From Hyalangium versicolor (GTDB taxonomy: Bacteria; Myxococcota; Myxococcia; Myxococcales; Myxococcaceae), in contig NZ_JAHXBF010000014.1 in NCBI RefSeq assembly GCF_020103695.1, positions 300,297 through 364,296 of the forward strand: 64,000 nucleotides of DNA. Direction: 5' to 3'. The position numbers were made by a program, and so were the translations under genes. Shown here piece by piece: positions 19,131 through 29,217 of this stretch (position 1 is the first letter of the stretch; each line of letters starts with the position of its first letter). Under the pieces are notes generated by a model. That model made no database searches. It was not told where the DNA came from and was given only the letters and a program-made list of their open reading frames with translations.

Positions 19131-20425
19131 CCGAGGCCCTCGGCCTCCTCCAACCCCTGCCGCGCCGCTTCGGTGGCCCACACTCCCGGCCCAGGCCGGG
19201 TCCAGCGTGCAGGGTGGAGCAGCTCGGAGCCCTCCTCCTCGGCGGCATGCAGTTGGAGCGACACCGTCAATGCCTCACCGCGTGCCGCCTCCGCCAGCAT
19301 CCGCTCCAGTTCTCGAGCCAGCGCGAGGAGCCGGGCCCGCTCCAGACGCTCCGCCTCGGCCCCCGCCGGCAGCCGAGCCGTAGCCAACAGCAGGCCAGCA
19401 CCCTCGGCCTGGATCTCCAGCCCGCCTGATCGCATCGCGACAAGAGCGCGCTCCCACAGCACATCCAGCATCTCCAGCGCGGTGTCCTCCGCCTCGGGCG
19501 CCGCGGACAGCTCCAGGTAGAGCGCCGCGGCCCGCGCGGGTGCGCTCGCACGGGCCGGTGGACGCAGGGCTTCCGTCATCGCCTCCAACACCTCGCTGGC
19601 GGTCGCGAAGCGATTCTCGGGCTGCTTCGCCAGACAGCGCCGCACCACCGCATCCACCGCCGGAGACACGGGCACCAACGAGGTCAACGAGGGCACGGGC
19701 GCGATGAGGTGCTGCTCCATCAGCTCGGCCACCCCCTTGGCACGAAAGGGGGGCTGTCCACTGAGCAGTTCGTACAGCAGCACGCCCAGGGCATAGAGGT
19801 CCGTGCGCGCATCCACCGCCACCGCACGGATCTGCTCGGGAGCCAGCGCCACCGGAGTGCCCAGCACGCGGCCCGTACTGGTGTGGGGCGATCCGGCGCC
19901 GGGCTCGAGCGCCCGGGCGATGCCGAAGTCCACCAGCACCAACTGGGGAGCACCAGGGCTCTGGCGCACCAACACGTTGCGCGTGTTCAGATCCCTGTGG
20001 ACGAGGCCCGCCGCATGGACGGTCTGGAGCGCCCCACAGAGTTGCTCGAGGAGCGGGAGCACCTCTGAGGCCTCCAGCCGGCCCCGCGAGTCCATCCACG
20101 CGGAGAGCGTGCCGCCCTCCACCCACTCCATGGCCAGCCAGGGGCGCCCGTCCTCCAGTTCACCTGACTGGCGCAACACCACCACGTGGGGATGCCTCAC
20201 GCTCTCCAGGATCGCCGCCTCCTGGTGGAAGCGGCGCAGCACCGAGGGGAAGAAGCCATACTCGGCACGCAACACTTTGAGCGCCGCGGGCTCACCGCTG
20301 GTGGTGTGACGGGCCCGATAGAGGATGCTCGAGCCACCTTCCTCTGCCCGGCTCTCGATCCTCCATTCGCCGACCCAGGTCCCCCGTGCCAACTCTTCCC
20401 CTGATGAAAGGCTCATCCCGTGCAC
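19127..20425 (-). CDS. Ser/Thr protein kinase-like protein with atypical catalytic loop
   Basis: Kinase subdomains are present (ALKVLR, DFG, LAPEQ), but the catalytic loop reads HRDLNTRNVLV instead of HRDLKPxN. C-terminal alpha/TPR-like region. Confidence 0.7.
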   Translation of the reverse strand: MHGMSLSSGEELARGTWVGEWRIESRAEEGGSSILYRARHTTSGEPAALKVLRAEYGFFPSVLRRFHQEAAILESVRHPHVVVLRQSGELEDGRPWLAMEWVEGGTLSAWMDSRGRLEASEVLPLLEQLCGALQTVHAAGLVHRDLNTRNVLVRQSPGAPQLVLVDFGIARALEPGAGSPHTSTGRVLGTPVALAPEQIRAVAVDARTDLYALGVLLYELLSGQPPFRAKGVAELMEQHLIAPVPSLTSLVPVSPAVDAVVRRCLAKQPENRFATASEVLEAMTEALRPPARASAPARAAALYLELSAAPEAEDTALEMLDVLWERALVAMRSGGLEIQAEGAGLLLATARLPAGAEAERLERARLLALARELERMLAEAARGEALTVSLQLHAAEEEGSELLHPARWTRPGPGVWATEAARQGLEEAEGLG

Positions 20426-20452
20426 TCCTCGGTGCGGCGAGTGATGGCTTCG

Positions 20453-21901
20453 CTAGGGCACGTACGTCATGACGGGACGAGCCCAGGCCGCCGTTTCCTT
20501 GCCCATGCAGTTGTACAGGCCGTAAACACTGTCTTCCAGGCAGCGCCCCGTGCCCCCGGTCTTGGTGCTGGTGCACGAGCCCATGAGGTGGGCGGCGCAG
20601 TTCTCCGAGTTATTGGGAAGCGCACAGACCCGGCCTGGAAGATTCGCATCCCCCCCTGGAAAGGCTGGATCCGAGCAGGAATACATTTTCATGTAGACGG
20701 AGGTTCCACGAGGTATCCGAGGAACGGCCTCCACACACCTCCCGCCCGAAACCCGCCTGCACCATCCCTCGCCCTGACGGACATACTCGGCGGGGAGCGC
20801 CCCGTGTATGGTCAAGATGGTCTCCTGGGTGGTCGTGTTGTACTTCACCAAGAGCCCCGGCAGGATCGCACTGCTACCGAAGATGTTGCCGTAGAAGGCG
20901 CCCTCGCGGCGGGTAAACAGCTCCCCCTCGTTCATGAGCCGGGCCTTCGTTCCGATCGCTGTCTGGCCGTCCCACGAGTTGTCATCTGGTTGGGACGTCT
21001 GAGAAGAGAACGCAGTCATCACGCTGAACCGGCCCGAAGAGGGGCAGAGGAAGTCCACGGAGTTGCTGCCGCAGGAGGTCCCTCTCTCGGCGAGCTTCTC
21101 GGTCTGCGTGCATCCCCGTATACCTTCACAGGCCCGCAGGGCGCCACAGATGGAGCTCCCCAGGCTGGAACTCACGGTGAACGTAATGGGGGCGTTCGCC
21201 GAGCAGACCCCTACGGACACAGATCGCCAGCCACAATCGCTTCCCGTGGCCGAATCACACGGCTGGAAGCTCGGAATGGGCTGAGCCATCTGGACCGTCC
21301 CATTGTTCAACATCATCGAAGGCACGAACAGATCCGGATTCGTTCGCGCCCTGGGCTTCAGGACGGCAGGATTCGCCAAGCCCCCGCCTCGCAAGTTGAT
21401 GCGGACCCGTGCCGCGGCTGGGTTGTTGCGAGCCAGAATGCAGGCGGACACCAACTCCAGGCATTCATCTTTGTTGGAGAGGACTGAGGGGGCTACGGAT
21501 CCCCAGCTACTGCAGAGTCCCCCGCCGCCATACCAGGTCTCCGGAGGGATCCCCGGGACCGAGGATGTCCACTCCACTTTCTGATCCGGCGCCAGCGCGC
21601 AGGACACCAGGTACTTCATGAAGACGCGCGCCCATGGATCGTGCAGGGCATCGTGCAGCGCGGTGACCGTCGCGAAGCTCTGGGTGTTGAGCGGATTATC
21701 CACCAGTGCCTGGTTCGCGGTGGAATTCGCGGAGAGCGCATTGAAGATGAGATAGTCCGTCTTCAATCCGTTACCCCACCGTATCCACTGCGGCGCGATC
21801 TCCGGCTCCGCCGTGTCAGCCCTGCTTGCCATGGGTGCGACCAGGACCAGCACCATCAGGCACGCGCTCATCACCTCTCGAATCCAGCCTCTCCGCTCCA
21901 T
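20453..21901 (-). CDS. Secreted Cys-containing protein, hypothetical
   Basis: Start at MERRGWIREVMSACLMVLVLVAPMASRA (signal peptide); about 35 Cys; no recognised domain. Confidence 0.5.
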   Translation of the reverse strand: MERRGWIREVMSACLMVLVLVAPMASRADTAEPEIAPQWIRWGNGLKTDYLIFNALSANSTANQALVDNPLNTQSFATVTALHDALHDPWARVFMKYLVSCALAPDQKVEWTSSVPGIPPETWYGGGGLCSSWGSVAPSVLSNKDECLELVSACILARNNPAAARVRINLRGGGLANPAVLKPRARTNPDLFVPSMMLNNGTVQMAQPIPSFQPCDSATGSDCGWRSVSVGVCSANAPITFTVSSSLGSSICGALRACEGIRGCTQTEKLAERGTSCGSNSVDFLCPSSGRFSVMTAFSSQTSQPDDNSWDGQTAIGTKARLMNEGELFTRREGAFYGNIFGSSAILPGLLVKYNTTTQETILTIHGALPAEYVRQGEGWCRRVSGGRCVEAVPRIPRGTSVYMKMYSCSDPAFPGGDANLPGRVCALPNNSENCAAHLMGSCTSTKTGGTGRCLEDSVYGLYNCMGKETAAWARPVMTYVP

Positions 21902-21971
21902 TGCGCATTCCCCCTTGTGGGTTTCCCGTACCAAAGCAAGACGGGTGCCAACCCATGGAGTAGCGCTAAAC

Positions 21972-24900
21972 TCAGACACTCGCGGCGCGCGCCATCAACG
22001 CATCGAGCCTCGTGCGAAAGGCAGGCGTGCGGGTGACGAGCTGCTCGGCCTCCGCCAACAGGTGCTGGAGCGGCTCGTGAGCCCTGGCGCGGACGGCGCA
22101 GGCTCCGGCTTCGAGCAACACATCCACCAGCTCGAACGGGGCACAGCGCTCGCGAGCCTGGGCCAGCAGCGCGTCCCACTGCGCCTTGGCAAAGCAGCCT
22201 TCCGCCTCCTGAGCGAGCACCTGCCTCACCAGCGCTAGCAGCAGCTCGGGGGTGGAATCGGGAGGAGGAGCGGCGTGGGTCTCCACCCAGTCCACGTGCT
22301 GTCGAGCCTCAACCCCCTGCCCCTTCTCCAGGCACAGCCTCGCCATGAGCAACCTGTCCGCGCCCAACGAGGGCTCGGGGAAGAAGCGCTGCCCCAGCTC
22401 CAGCGCTCGGAGGGCCGCAGCCTCCGCCTCCGGCACCCGGCCGAGCATCAAAAGGAAGACGGCCAGGTTGAAGGTGCTGAAGCGCTCCACCTGCACATGC
22501 GCCAGCGCACGAGCCAGGGTCTGGGCCTGACGCAGATCCTCCACGGCCCGCGTCAAATCCAGCCGCGAGAGCCACAGCGCGAATCGGTTCATGTGGACGA
22601 CAGCCAGATGCAGCGTGTCTCCGCATGATTGGCAATGCGAGAGGGCTCGGGAGAAGACGCTCTCTGCCTCCTCCAAACGCCCCAGATAGGCCAGCCCTAC
22701 AGGCCACATGGTGAGGGATACGGAGAGCACCTCGGTGTCTCCCGAATGCTCGGCTCCGCGAGCGGCCTGCTCGAGCAGTGGCAGCGCCACGTCCCAGCGC
22801 CCGCGGCGGCCTTCCGTCCGCCCCCTCGCCAGAGCGAGCCTTCCGGCGAGGGGCTCCTGCTCCGCGAGCCCCTGCCCTACTTCCATGGCACGGCCCACGA
22901 GTGCGTCCGCGGCCTCCCAGTCCTCGAGCCAGTCGCGGGCGGTGGCCTGCTCCAGCAACAGCAGCGCGGCCTCGGCGCGCTCTCCCAGTTCCAGCGCCAG
23001 CTCCGCGGCTCGAGCCACATCCTCTCCCGCTTCCCGGTAGCGATGGGAGCGCAGACGCACCCTGCCCCTCGCAGCCAGCGCGCGGAGGCGGCGCGGCGCA
23101 TCCTCGGCGGGCAGCAACTCCAGGGCGGCGGAGCAGGCCTGCTCCGCGTCCACGTCCCGGAAGGCCTTTCGCGCCCGCTCCGCCAGCTCCAACCAGGCCT
23201 CGCACGCCAGCTGAACCTCGCCCACGACGGTGGCGTGGCGGGCACGTTGGCGCAGCAGTGCGTCGCGCTGAGGTGTACCCCCGGTGGTCGCGAGAGCAGC
23301 CCGGTGCAACAGCACTCGCAGGTGGAGGGGCAGACCCGCCTCCAGGGACTCGCGCAGCACGGGATGAGAGAAGGAATACGCCCCCGAGCTCCCCTCGTGC
23401 AGAAGGCCCGCGCGGGCCAGCCGCCGCAGCCCTGCCCCCGCATCCAGCGAAGCGAGGGCCGCCAGTGAGGGCTCCTGCTCCAACAGGGGAAGTGCCTGTG
23501 CGAAGCGCTCCTCGGAGAGCCCCTCTCCCATCACGGCGCCCAGCCGCGCCAGGGACTGGAGGGAAGGAGGCAGCGCGGAGAGGCTCTGCTCGGCCAGGGG
23601 TTCGAGCAACACCGCCACGGAGCGCACGGGCCCGGCCTCCAGGGAGAGTTCCCAGGCCCCCCCCACAGTGCGGCGCACCGAGCCCGTGGCGTGGAGCGCT
23701 CGAACCAGCTCCACCAGGTAGCGCGGGATTCCGCCCGCCAGAGCCGCCAGTTGCTCGAGCAAGGCCTGCGGCACGTACTCCACCGGCGACAGCAGCGCCC
23801 GGAGCAGTTGCTGTGAATCCTCCGGTGTCAGCGGCTGAAGCACGCAGATTCCGTCAGGGCCCGAGCGCTCCACCAGGGCCGGGCGCAGCGCCACCAGTTC
23901 GGGGCCGGACGCCAAGCAGATCCACAGCGGCAGGGGCTCCTCGCCGCTCGTGGCCTGGACCACCGCATCGAGCGTCACCGTGTCCAGGTGCCCTGCGTCA
24001 TCCAGGAGCAGGAGCAGGGGCCCACGGGAGGCACGCGCTCGCAGCGCACGAGCCACGAACTGGGCCAGGCGCTGGCGCCGCGCATCGGGTGGGAGGTGCC
24101 GTGCGGCTGTAAGTTCCTCCTCGGGCAAGGGCTCGGGAGCCAACGCCAACAAGGGCTTCAGCAACGGCTCCTGGCCTTGCGAGTACTCGGGCCTGGAGCC
24201 CAACCGCACCACCCGCGCTCCCGAGAGGAGAGAGAGCTGTCCTTCGAGCGCCTCGAGCACCCGGGTGCGGCCCGAGCCGGGGCCTCCCTCGAGCACCACC
24301 AGCCCCGGGCGGGAGCGGCGCAGCGACTCGACGGCCCGCGCCTCCAAGGCGGCGAGCAATGGCTCACGGCCCACGAGAGGAGGCGCGGGCTGGGCTGCCA
24401 AGCCCACTCCCATCCCCCGATCCTCGCGGAGCAGGTGGTAGCCACCCTCGCGCTCCGGGAGGATATCGGTTCCCAGCCAGGGAGAAGCCTCGGGGGAGAC
24501 CCATGTGTGCTCTCCCGGGGGAACCCGGGCCCACAGCGCGCGCAGTTCCTCCAGCGCGGCGCCGGCCAGGCGGATCCCGCCCCGCCCCATGTGCACCTGC
24601 AGCTCGGCCAGGTGGAGCAGCCGTCGATCCCGGCCCCAACGCAGAGCGGCGCGAGCCGCGGCCTTGAGCCCCGCGACAGGAGAGAGGGCCTCTGGGAAGG
24701 CAGCCACGTACAGCTCGGGGTGCACCCGAGCCAGCACACCCCCTTCAGCGGAGAAGGCGGAGAGAGGCTCTGGGAGCGGGGCGCGAGCAGCCACGGCCAG
24801 CAGGGCCACTGCGCGCGCTCGGGACCTCGGTGCCGAGGAGCCTGACGAGAGAGGCGATTCGGCGGTCGGTACAGGCCCGGCGGCCTGGACGCGCCGCAGT

Positions 24901-25790
24901 TCCGCCAGCATCTGGCCGCCGTGAGCAAACCGATGCGTGGGCTCCTTGGCCAGACAGCGCAACAGGAAGGGCTCCCATGGCACGGCAGCGGGCTGGAACG
25001 AGGCCAGCCGAGGCGGCCGCAACGCGCTGTGGCCCTGGAGCACCTCCGCCCTGTCCCCCGTGAAGGGCGGACGGCCCGTGAGGAGCTCGAAGAAGATGAC
25101 CCCCAACGCATACACGTCCCCGGTTGCCGAGACAGGCGCCGGACCCGCGCAGAGCTCTGGAGCCATGTACAGCAACGTGCCGGGCTGCTCTCCCGTGAGA
25201 GTCACCGGCTCTGGCTCAGGTGCCGCCAGCGTGGCATCCGCGTCACGGGCGAGCCCGAGATCGATCAACGCGGGAAGCCCCTGTCGCCGGAGGAAGATGT
25301 TCTCCGGCTTGAGATCGCGGTGGACGAGCCCCACCGCGTGGAGACGCGCCACGGCCTCGAGGATGGACACCAGCAGCCCGGCAGCCTCCCCAGGCGGCAG
25401 CGCCCCTGAGCCCGGAAGAGCGGCCATGAAGCGAGCGAGTGTCTCCCCTTGGAGCTGCTCGAGGGCCAGAAACGGACGCGCCTCGTGCACACCCTCCTCG
25501 AGCAGGAGCGGCGTGGTGGGCGGGCCGAGCCGCCGCAGGGCCTGGGCTTCCCGAGGGAAGCGCCGATCCCCCTGGGTGCGCGCGAGCTTGAGAGCCACCT
25601 GCTGGCCATCCCTCGCTCGAAGGGCCGCCACCACCTGGGAGAAGCCACCACGCCCCAGCAGCGAGAGGGCCTGGAACCCTGGAGGCAGCGACAGGAGCGG
25701 TTCTTCCTCTACGAGCGAGGGCGCGGGCTCTCCGTGAAGGGGGCACGCGGCAGCAGGCAGGAGTCGACGGTGGCAGCGCGGGCAACGCAT
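21972..25790 (-). CDS. Large Ser/Thr protein kinase with N-terminal zinc ribbon, central P-loop NTPase (STAND-like) and C-terminal TPR-like region
   Basis: MRCPRCHRRLLPAAACPLHG; kinase motifs VALKLAR, HRDLKPENIFL, DLGLAR, APE; P-loop VLEGGPGSGRTRVLEALE; long alpha-repeat C-terminus. Start chosen at M54 of the 1325-aa ORF. Confidence 0.8.
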   Translation of the reverse strand: MRCPRCHRRLLPAAACPLHGEPAPSLVEEEPLLSLPPGFQALSLLGRGGFSQVVAALRARDGQQVALKLARTQGDRRFPREAQALRRLGPPTTPLLLEEGVHEARPFLALEQLQGETLARFMAALPGSGALPPGEAAGLLVSILEAVARLHAVGLVHRDLKPENIFLRRQGLPALIDLGLARDADATLAAPEPEPVTLTGEQPGTLLYMAPELCAGPAPVSATGDVYALGVIFFELLTGRPPFTGDRAEVLQGHSALRPPRLASFQPAAVPWEPFLLRCLAKEPTHRFAHGGQMLAELRRVQAAGPVPTAESPLSSGSSAPRSRARAVALLAVAARAPLPEPLSAFSAEGGVLARVHPELYVAAFPEALSPVAGLKAAARAALRWGRDRRLLHLAELQVHMGRGGIRLAGAALEELRALWARVPPGEHTWVSPEASPWLGTDILPEREGGYHLLREDRGMGVGLAAQPAPPLVGREPLLAALEARAVESLRRSRPGLVVLEGGPGSGRTRVLEALEGQLSLLSGARVVRLGSRPEYSQGQEPLLKPLLALAPEPLPEEELTAARHLPPDARRQRLAQFVARALRARASRGPLLLLLDDAGHLDTVTLDAVVQATSGEEPLPLWICLASGPELVALRPALVERSGPDGICVLQPLTPEDSQQLLRALLSPVEYVPQALLEQLAALAGGIPRYLVELVRALHATGSVRRTVGGAWELSLEAGPVRSVAVLLEPLAEQSLSALPPSLQSLARLGAVMGEGLSEERFAQALPLLEQEPSLAALASLDAGAGLRRLARAGLLHEGSSGAYSFSHPVLRESLEAGLPLHLRVLLHRAALATTGGTPQRDALLRQRARHATVVGEVQLACEAWLELAERARKAFRDVDAEQACSAALELLPAEDAPRRLRALAARGRVRLRSHRYREAGEDVARAAELALELGERAEAALLLLEQATARDWLEDWEAADALVGRAMEVGQGLAEQEPLAGRLALARGRTEGRRGRWDVALPLLEQAARGAEHSGDTEVLSVSLTMWPVGLAYLGRLEEAESVFSRALSHCQSCGDTLHLAVVHMNRFALWLSRLDLTRAVEDLRQAQTLARALAHVQVERFSTFNLAVFLLMLGRVPEAEAAALRALELGQRFFPEPSLGADRLLMARLCLEKGQGVEARQHVDWVETHAAPPPDSTPELLLALVRQVLAQEAEGCFAKAQWDALLAQARERCAPFELVDVLLEAGACAVRARAHEPLQHLLAEAEQLVTRTPAFRTRLDALMARAASV

Positions 25791-26003
25791 GGCGGTGCGG
25801 GACTGTACACCGCGAGTGTTGCGCAACAGTCCACACTCGAACTGAGCGCTGTGGACGGGGAGGCAACGCCGCGCGCGAGCCTCGTTCCCCTCGAGCCAGC
25901 GGCCCCCCTGCGAAGCGCTCGAGAGAAGCCTCCGAAGCCGGGCTGGCACACGCGCTGCACAAAGAGGCGTGCCTCACTCACTCCCCTTCCAACCAGAGGA
26001 ATC

Positions 26004-26564
26004 ATGAAGAGCCCACTGTCCCCGCTGCGAGCTGTCCTGACGATGGCCACGTTGATGGCCGCGCCGCATGCGCTCGCGTTTGATGGGTCCCTCAACACGA
26101 CAGGCAAGAGCACCGCCGTATTCGTGGTGACCAACTTCGCCTCGGCCACCGGGTTCGGCGCGCACATCTCCACCAGCAGCAGCACGGATGGCTACGGCGG
26201 CTCCGATGCGGAGTGCCACTTCATCGAATCCGCCGGAATGATCGACCTTCATTGCTACGACGGCTACCAGGACGCCACCAACACCCAGACCGATTTCTAC
26301 CTGCCGCTGGGAGACAAGGCCCGCCTGAGCACGGTGACCATCACCGTGCGCGCCAGCGAGGTGCGGGTGGAGGCCTTGCGACTGGCGTCAGCCCCGGCCA
26401 GTGGCTCGCCCAAGCCCTATACCGTCGTGGGGCAGTTCCCGCTGCGGACAAGCAGCGGCTTCTTCCGCACCACTCCCATCTACTACCAGACCAACGGGGT
26501 GCTCGCGGCCTGGGCGGGGCGCCCCGGCTCGGGGTATCAGCTCTTCGCGGCGTATACCTACTGA
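26004..26564 (+). CDS. Small secreted protein, hypothetical
   Basis: MKSPLSPLRAVLTMATLMAAPHALA signal peptide; 186 aa. ATG at 26004 inside ORF 25449..26564. Confidence 0.5.
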   Translation: MKSPLSPLRAVLTMATLMAAPHALAFDGSLNTTGKSTAVFVVTNFASATGFGAHISTSSSTDGYGGSDAECHFIESAGMIDLHCYDGYQDATNTQTDFYLPLGDKARLSTVTITVRASEVRVEALRLASAPASGSPKPYTVVGQFPLRTSSGFFRTTPIYYQTNGVLAAWAGRPGSGYQLFAAYTY

Positions 26565-26573
26565 GTTCCCCAC

Positions 26574-28325
26574 TCACGGCGTCAGCCACGTCGTGAGCAT
26601 GGCTCCACCCGCGAGCACCAGGCTCTCGACGGACAGCAGGCCACAGGCGGCGGGCAGTACCCACTGCTCCGCCGCCTCGGGCCGACGCCTCGCCACGGCC
26701 CAGCCGAGGACTCCTCCCACGCAGGCATAGAGCGAGAAATAGGGGGGCAGCAGGAAGGCCAGTCCCATGCCCAGAGGGGATGGGAGGAAACGGGCCAGGC
26801 GCTCGGGCAGCAACGCCTCGGCCAGGGCCAACGCCGCGCCTCCAACGAGCGCGAGGAGCACGCTCCATCGCGCGATGGGTGACAACTCCCACGAGCCCGT
26901 GCCGAGCATCTCCGCGAGCACGCGCGCCTGCACTCCGGAGGGTGCGGGGAACTGCCCTCCGAACTCCACCAGGCCCGACGTATCGGGGAGCAACAGACAG
27001 AAGGTGGGCACCAGCACCAGCACGCCGACGATGCAGCCCAGGAGCTGGGCGATGAGCTGCTGGCGCAATCCCGCGCCCAGCAACTGCGCCGTCTTGAGGT
27101 TGGCGAGCACATCCGCCCCCACCGCCGAGCTATTGAAGGAAAGGCTGGAATGCACGAGGTTGGCGGAGGGGCCTCCGCGCACGAGCAGCCCGCACGCCAT
27201 CTGGTTCACGGCGGTGTCCGGAGGCGAACCCGTTTCCGCCAACACGCGGCACACCAGCGCGGTCAGCGCCAGGGAGACGCCCACGGCCAGGACCCCTTGG
27301 GGCCAGGGAATCCCGAACCCCTGCCACGCCTGCCACACCGAGGCGCCTGACAGGACAAGCAGCCCTCCCCAGAACCAGGCGCGAGGCACCAACTCTCTGG
27401 TGCCTTCAGGAGGAGACACCTCTTGTTGTCCCGAGCGGGCCAGCCTGGAGCGCAACAGCGAAAGCCCATAGGACAGCAGGCGGATCAGCGCAGCGCCCAC
27501 CAACAGGAGCGTGCCCACCCATGCGGTGGGGCTGAGCGGCGCTCCGGGCTCCGCCGCCAGGGCTGGCACGAGCACCTGGTAGCACACCCCCGCGCCCAGC
27601 AGCATGGACAGCGCCACCCGTGGTCCCATCAGCGCTCCGGCGCCTACCATCAGCATCGAGCACGGCGGCACCCACTGCTCGAGCACACTCCAGCGCAGCT
27701 TGTCCCTCAGCGTCGCGACGAGGGCCACGGCCGAGGCCGCGCCGATCAGGGCACGGACCTGGGGCGCGGAGCCCTGCCCGGAGTGCACGGCCCGCAAGGC
27801 CGCAGCCGTTCCGACGCTGGAAGGAAAAGCGAGGCGCCCATCCGCCAGGAGGCGACGCTGCAACGCCAGTCCAAAGAAGATCCCCAGGAGCGAGGTGCAC
27901 AGCGTCCAGGTGAGCAGGGTGCCACGCCCTGCGGGGTGCCCCTGGAGCAGCATCCAGGCGACTGCCATCGAGGGCAGGCTGCTCACGGTGGCATAGCCCG
28001 CTCCGGAGGCCGTGGTCTGGAGGACACATCCCTCGGGCAGCGAGAACTGCCTCCCGAGGAGCCCGGGGGCCAATCTGGCTAACAATCGCTGAAGGGGCAG
28101 TGCGATGAGCGCCGCGGTGGCCCCCACGGACACGGCCGCTCCCGCAACCAGGCCCAGGTAGAGATTGGACACGCCCAGGAGACAACCAAGCACCGCACCC
28201 CAGATCACGGCTCGTGGAGTGAGCTGCGGGACGGGATTCTGGGGCGCTGAGGGAACATCCTGCGCCAGTTCGGGGGGAACCGAGTCCTGGAGCGGAGCAG
28301 TCTCGGGAGCGGAGGCAATCGCCAT
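26574..28325 (-). CDS. OPT-family oligopeptide transporter
   Basis: LTPRAVIWGAVLGCLLGVSNLYLGLVAG N-terminal OPT signature; more than 12 TM helices. Confidence 0.7.
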   Translation of the reverse strand: MAIASAPETAPLQDSVPPELAQDVPSAPQNPVPQLTPRAVIWGAVLGCLLGVSNLYLGLVAGAAVSVGATAALIALPLQRLLARLAPGLLGRQFSLPEGCVLQTTASGAGYATVSSLPSMAVAWMLLQGHPAGRGTLLTWTLCTSLLGIFFGLALQRRLLADGRLAFPSSVGTAAALRAVHSGQGSAPQVRALIGAASAVALVATLRDKLRWSVLEQWVPPCSMLMVGAGALMGPRVALSMLLGAGVCYQVLVPALAAEPGAPLSPTAWVGTLLLVGAALIRLLSYGLSLLRSRLARSGQQEVSPPEGTRELVPRAWFWGGLLVLSGASVWQAWQGFGIPWPQGVLAVGVSLALTALVCRVLAETGSPPDTAVNQMACGLLVRGGPSANLVHSSLSFNSSAVGADVLANLKTAQLLGAGLRQQLIAQLLGCIVGVLVLVPTFCLLLPDTSGLVEFGGQFPAPSGVQARVLAEMLGTGSWELSPIARWSVLLALVGGAALALAEALLPERLARFLPSPLGMGLAFLLPPYFSLYACVGGVLGWAVARRRPEAAEQWVLPAACGLLSVESLVLAGGAMLTTWLTP

Positions 28326-28349
28326 GGGGACCTGAGCGAGCGCGAACGC

Positions 28350-29132
28350 TCACCCGCCTCCACGAGCCGACGCGGGCGAGGCGTTCACCTTCTCGAGGAA
28401 GCGGCGCGCGAACACCCAGGCATCTCCAGGGAAGCGCGCGGAGAGATAGTTCCCGTCCTCCACGACGAAGCCCGCCTCCGGGCGAGGCGTGCCGCTGAGC
28501 ACCAGCGGTCCCCGATCGAACTGGGACGGAGCGCCGAGCAGGGAGCGCACTTCGTCCTCCAGATAGACGTCATAGGTCCGGTAGTGCTTGCCCACCCGCA
28601 GGAACGTCATGGCATACGCCCCCCACTCCATCAGCTTCGTGAGCGCCGTGGTGCGCCGCTCGTGCAGGACGCTGCGCCCGTCAGCGCCCTTGATGCGCGC
28701 GAGCGCCAGGACGCCATGGCAGATGGCACCCACCGGCCGCTTCGATGCCCAGAAGGCAGCGAGCTTTCCCTGCAGGACCGGACTCTCGAGATACGGGCGC
28801 ATGCCTGGAGCATGGCCTCCTGGCAGCAGCAGCGCGTCATAGGCATCCGGCTCGATGTCCTGCCACCGCAGCGGTTGCTGGAACGCGGCATCCCGCTCCA
28901 ACTCGCGGTATCGCTCGAGTGCCTCTGGGCTGACCCGCAGCCCTTTTGGGATCGGCCCTCCCAGCGTCACCGGATCCGCACGCGGTGCTCCCTGACCGGA
29001 CTCGGAGGCGAACACCACGGTGTGCCCGGCCTGGGTGAGTGCATGCCATGGAATGGCAGTCTCCGTTGGATCGAAGTCATGGTCCGGCAACGGCGCGAGG
29101 ATGCGGCGTCTGGAGGGCGAGGCTGCTGTCAT
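28350..29132 (-). CDS. DJ-1/PfpI-family (class I glutamine amidotransferase-like) protein
   Basis: DALLLPGGHAPGM...PVGAICHGVLALA is a nucleophile-elbow-like motif. Start at internal MTAAS. Confidence 0.6.
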   Translation of the reverse strand: MTAASPSRRRILAPLPDHDFDPTETAIPWHALTQAGHTVVFASESGQGAPRADPVTLGGPIPKGLRVSPEALERYRELERDAAFQQPLRWQDIEPDAYDALLLPGGHAPGMRPYLESPVLQGKLAAFWASKRPVGAICHGVLALARIKGADGRSVLHERRTTALTKLMEWGAYAMTFLRVGKHYRTYDVYLEDEVRSLLGAPSQFDRGPLVLSGTPRPEAGFVVEDGNYLSARFPGDAWVFARRFLEKVNASPASARGGG

Positions 29133-29217
29133 GGGCGCGATGATCAGACCCGGCCTGCCTCGATGCAAACAAGAACCGATGCTTGCAAACCCACAGCACC
29201 GGATCGCACCTTGAGAG

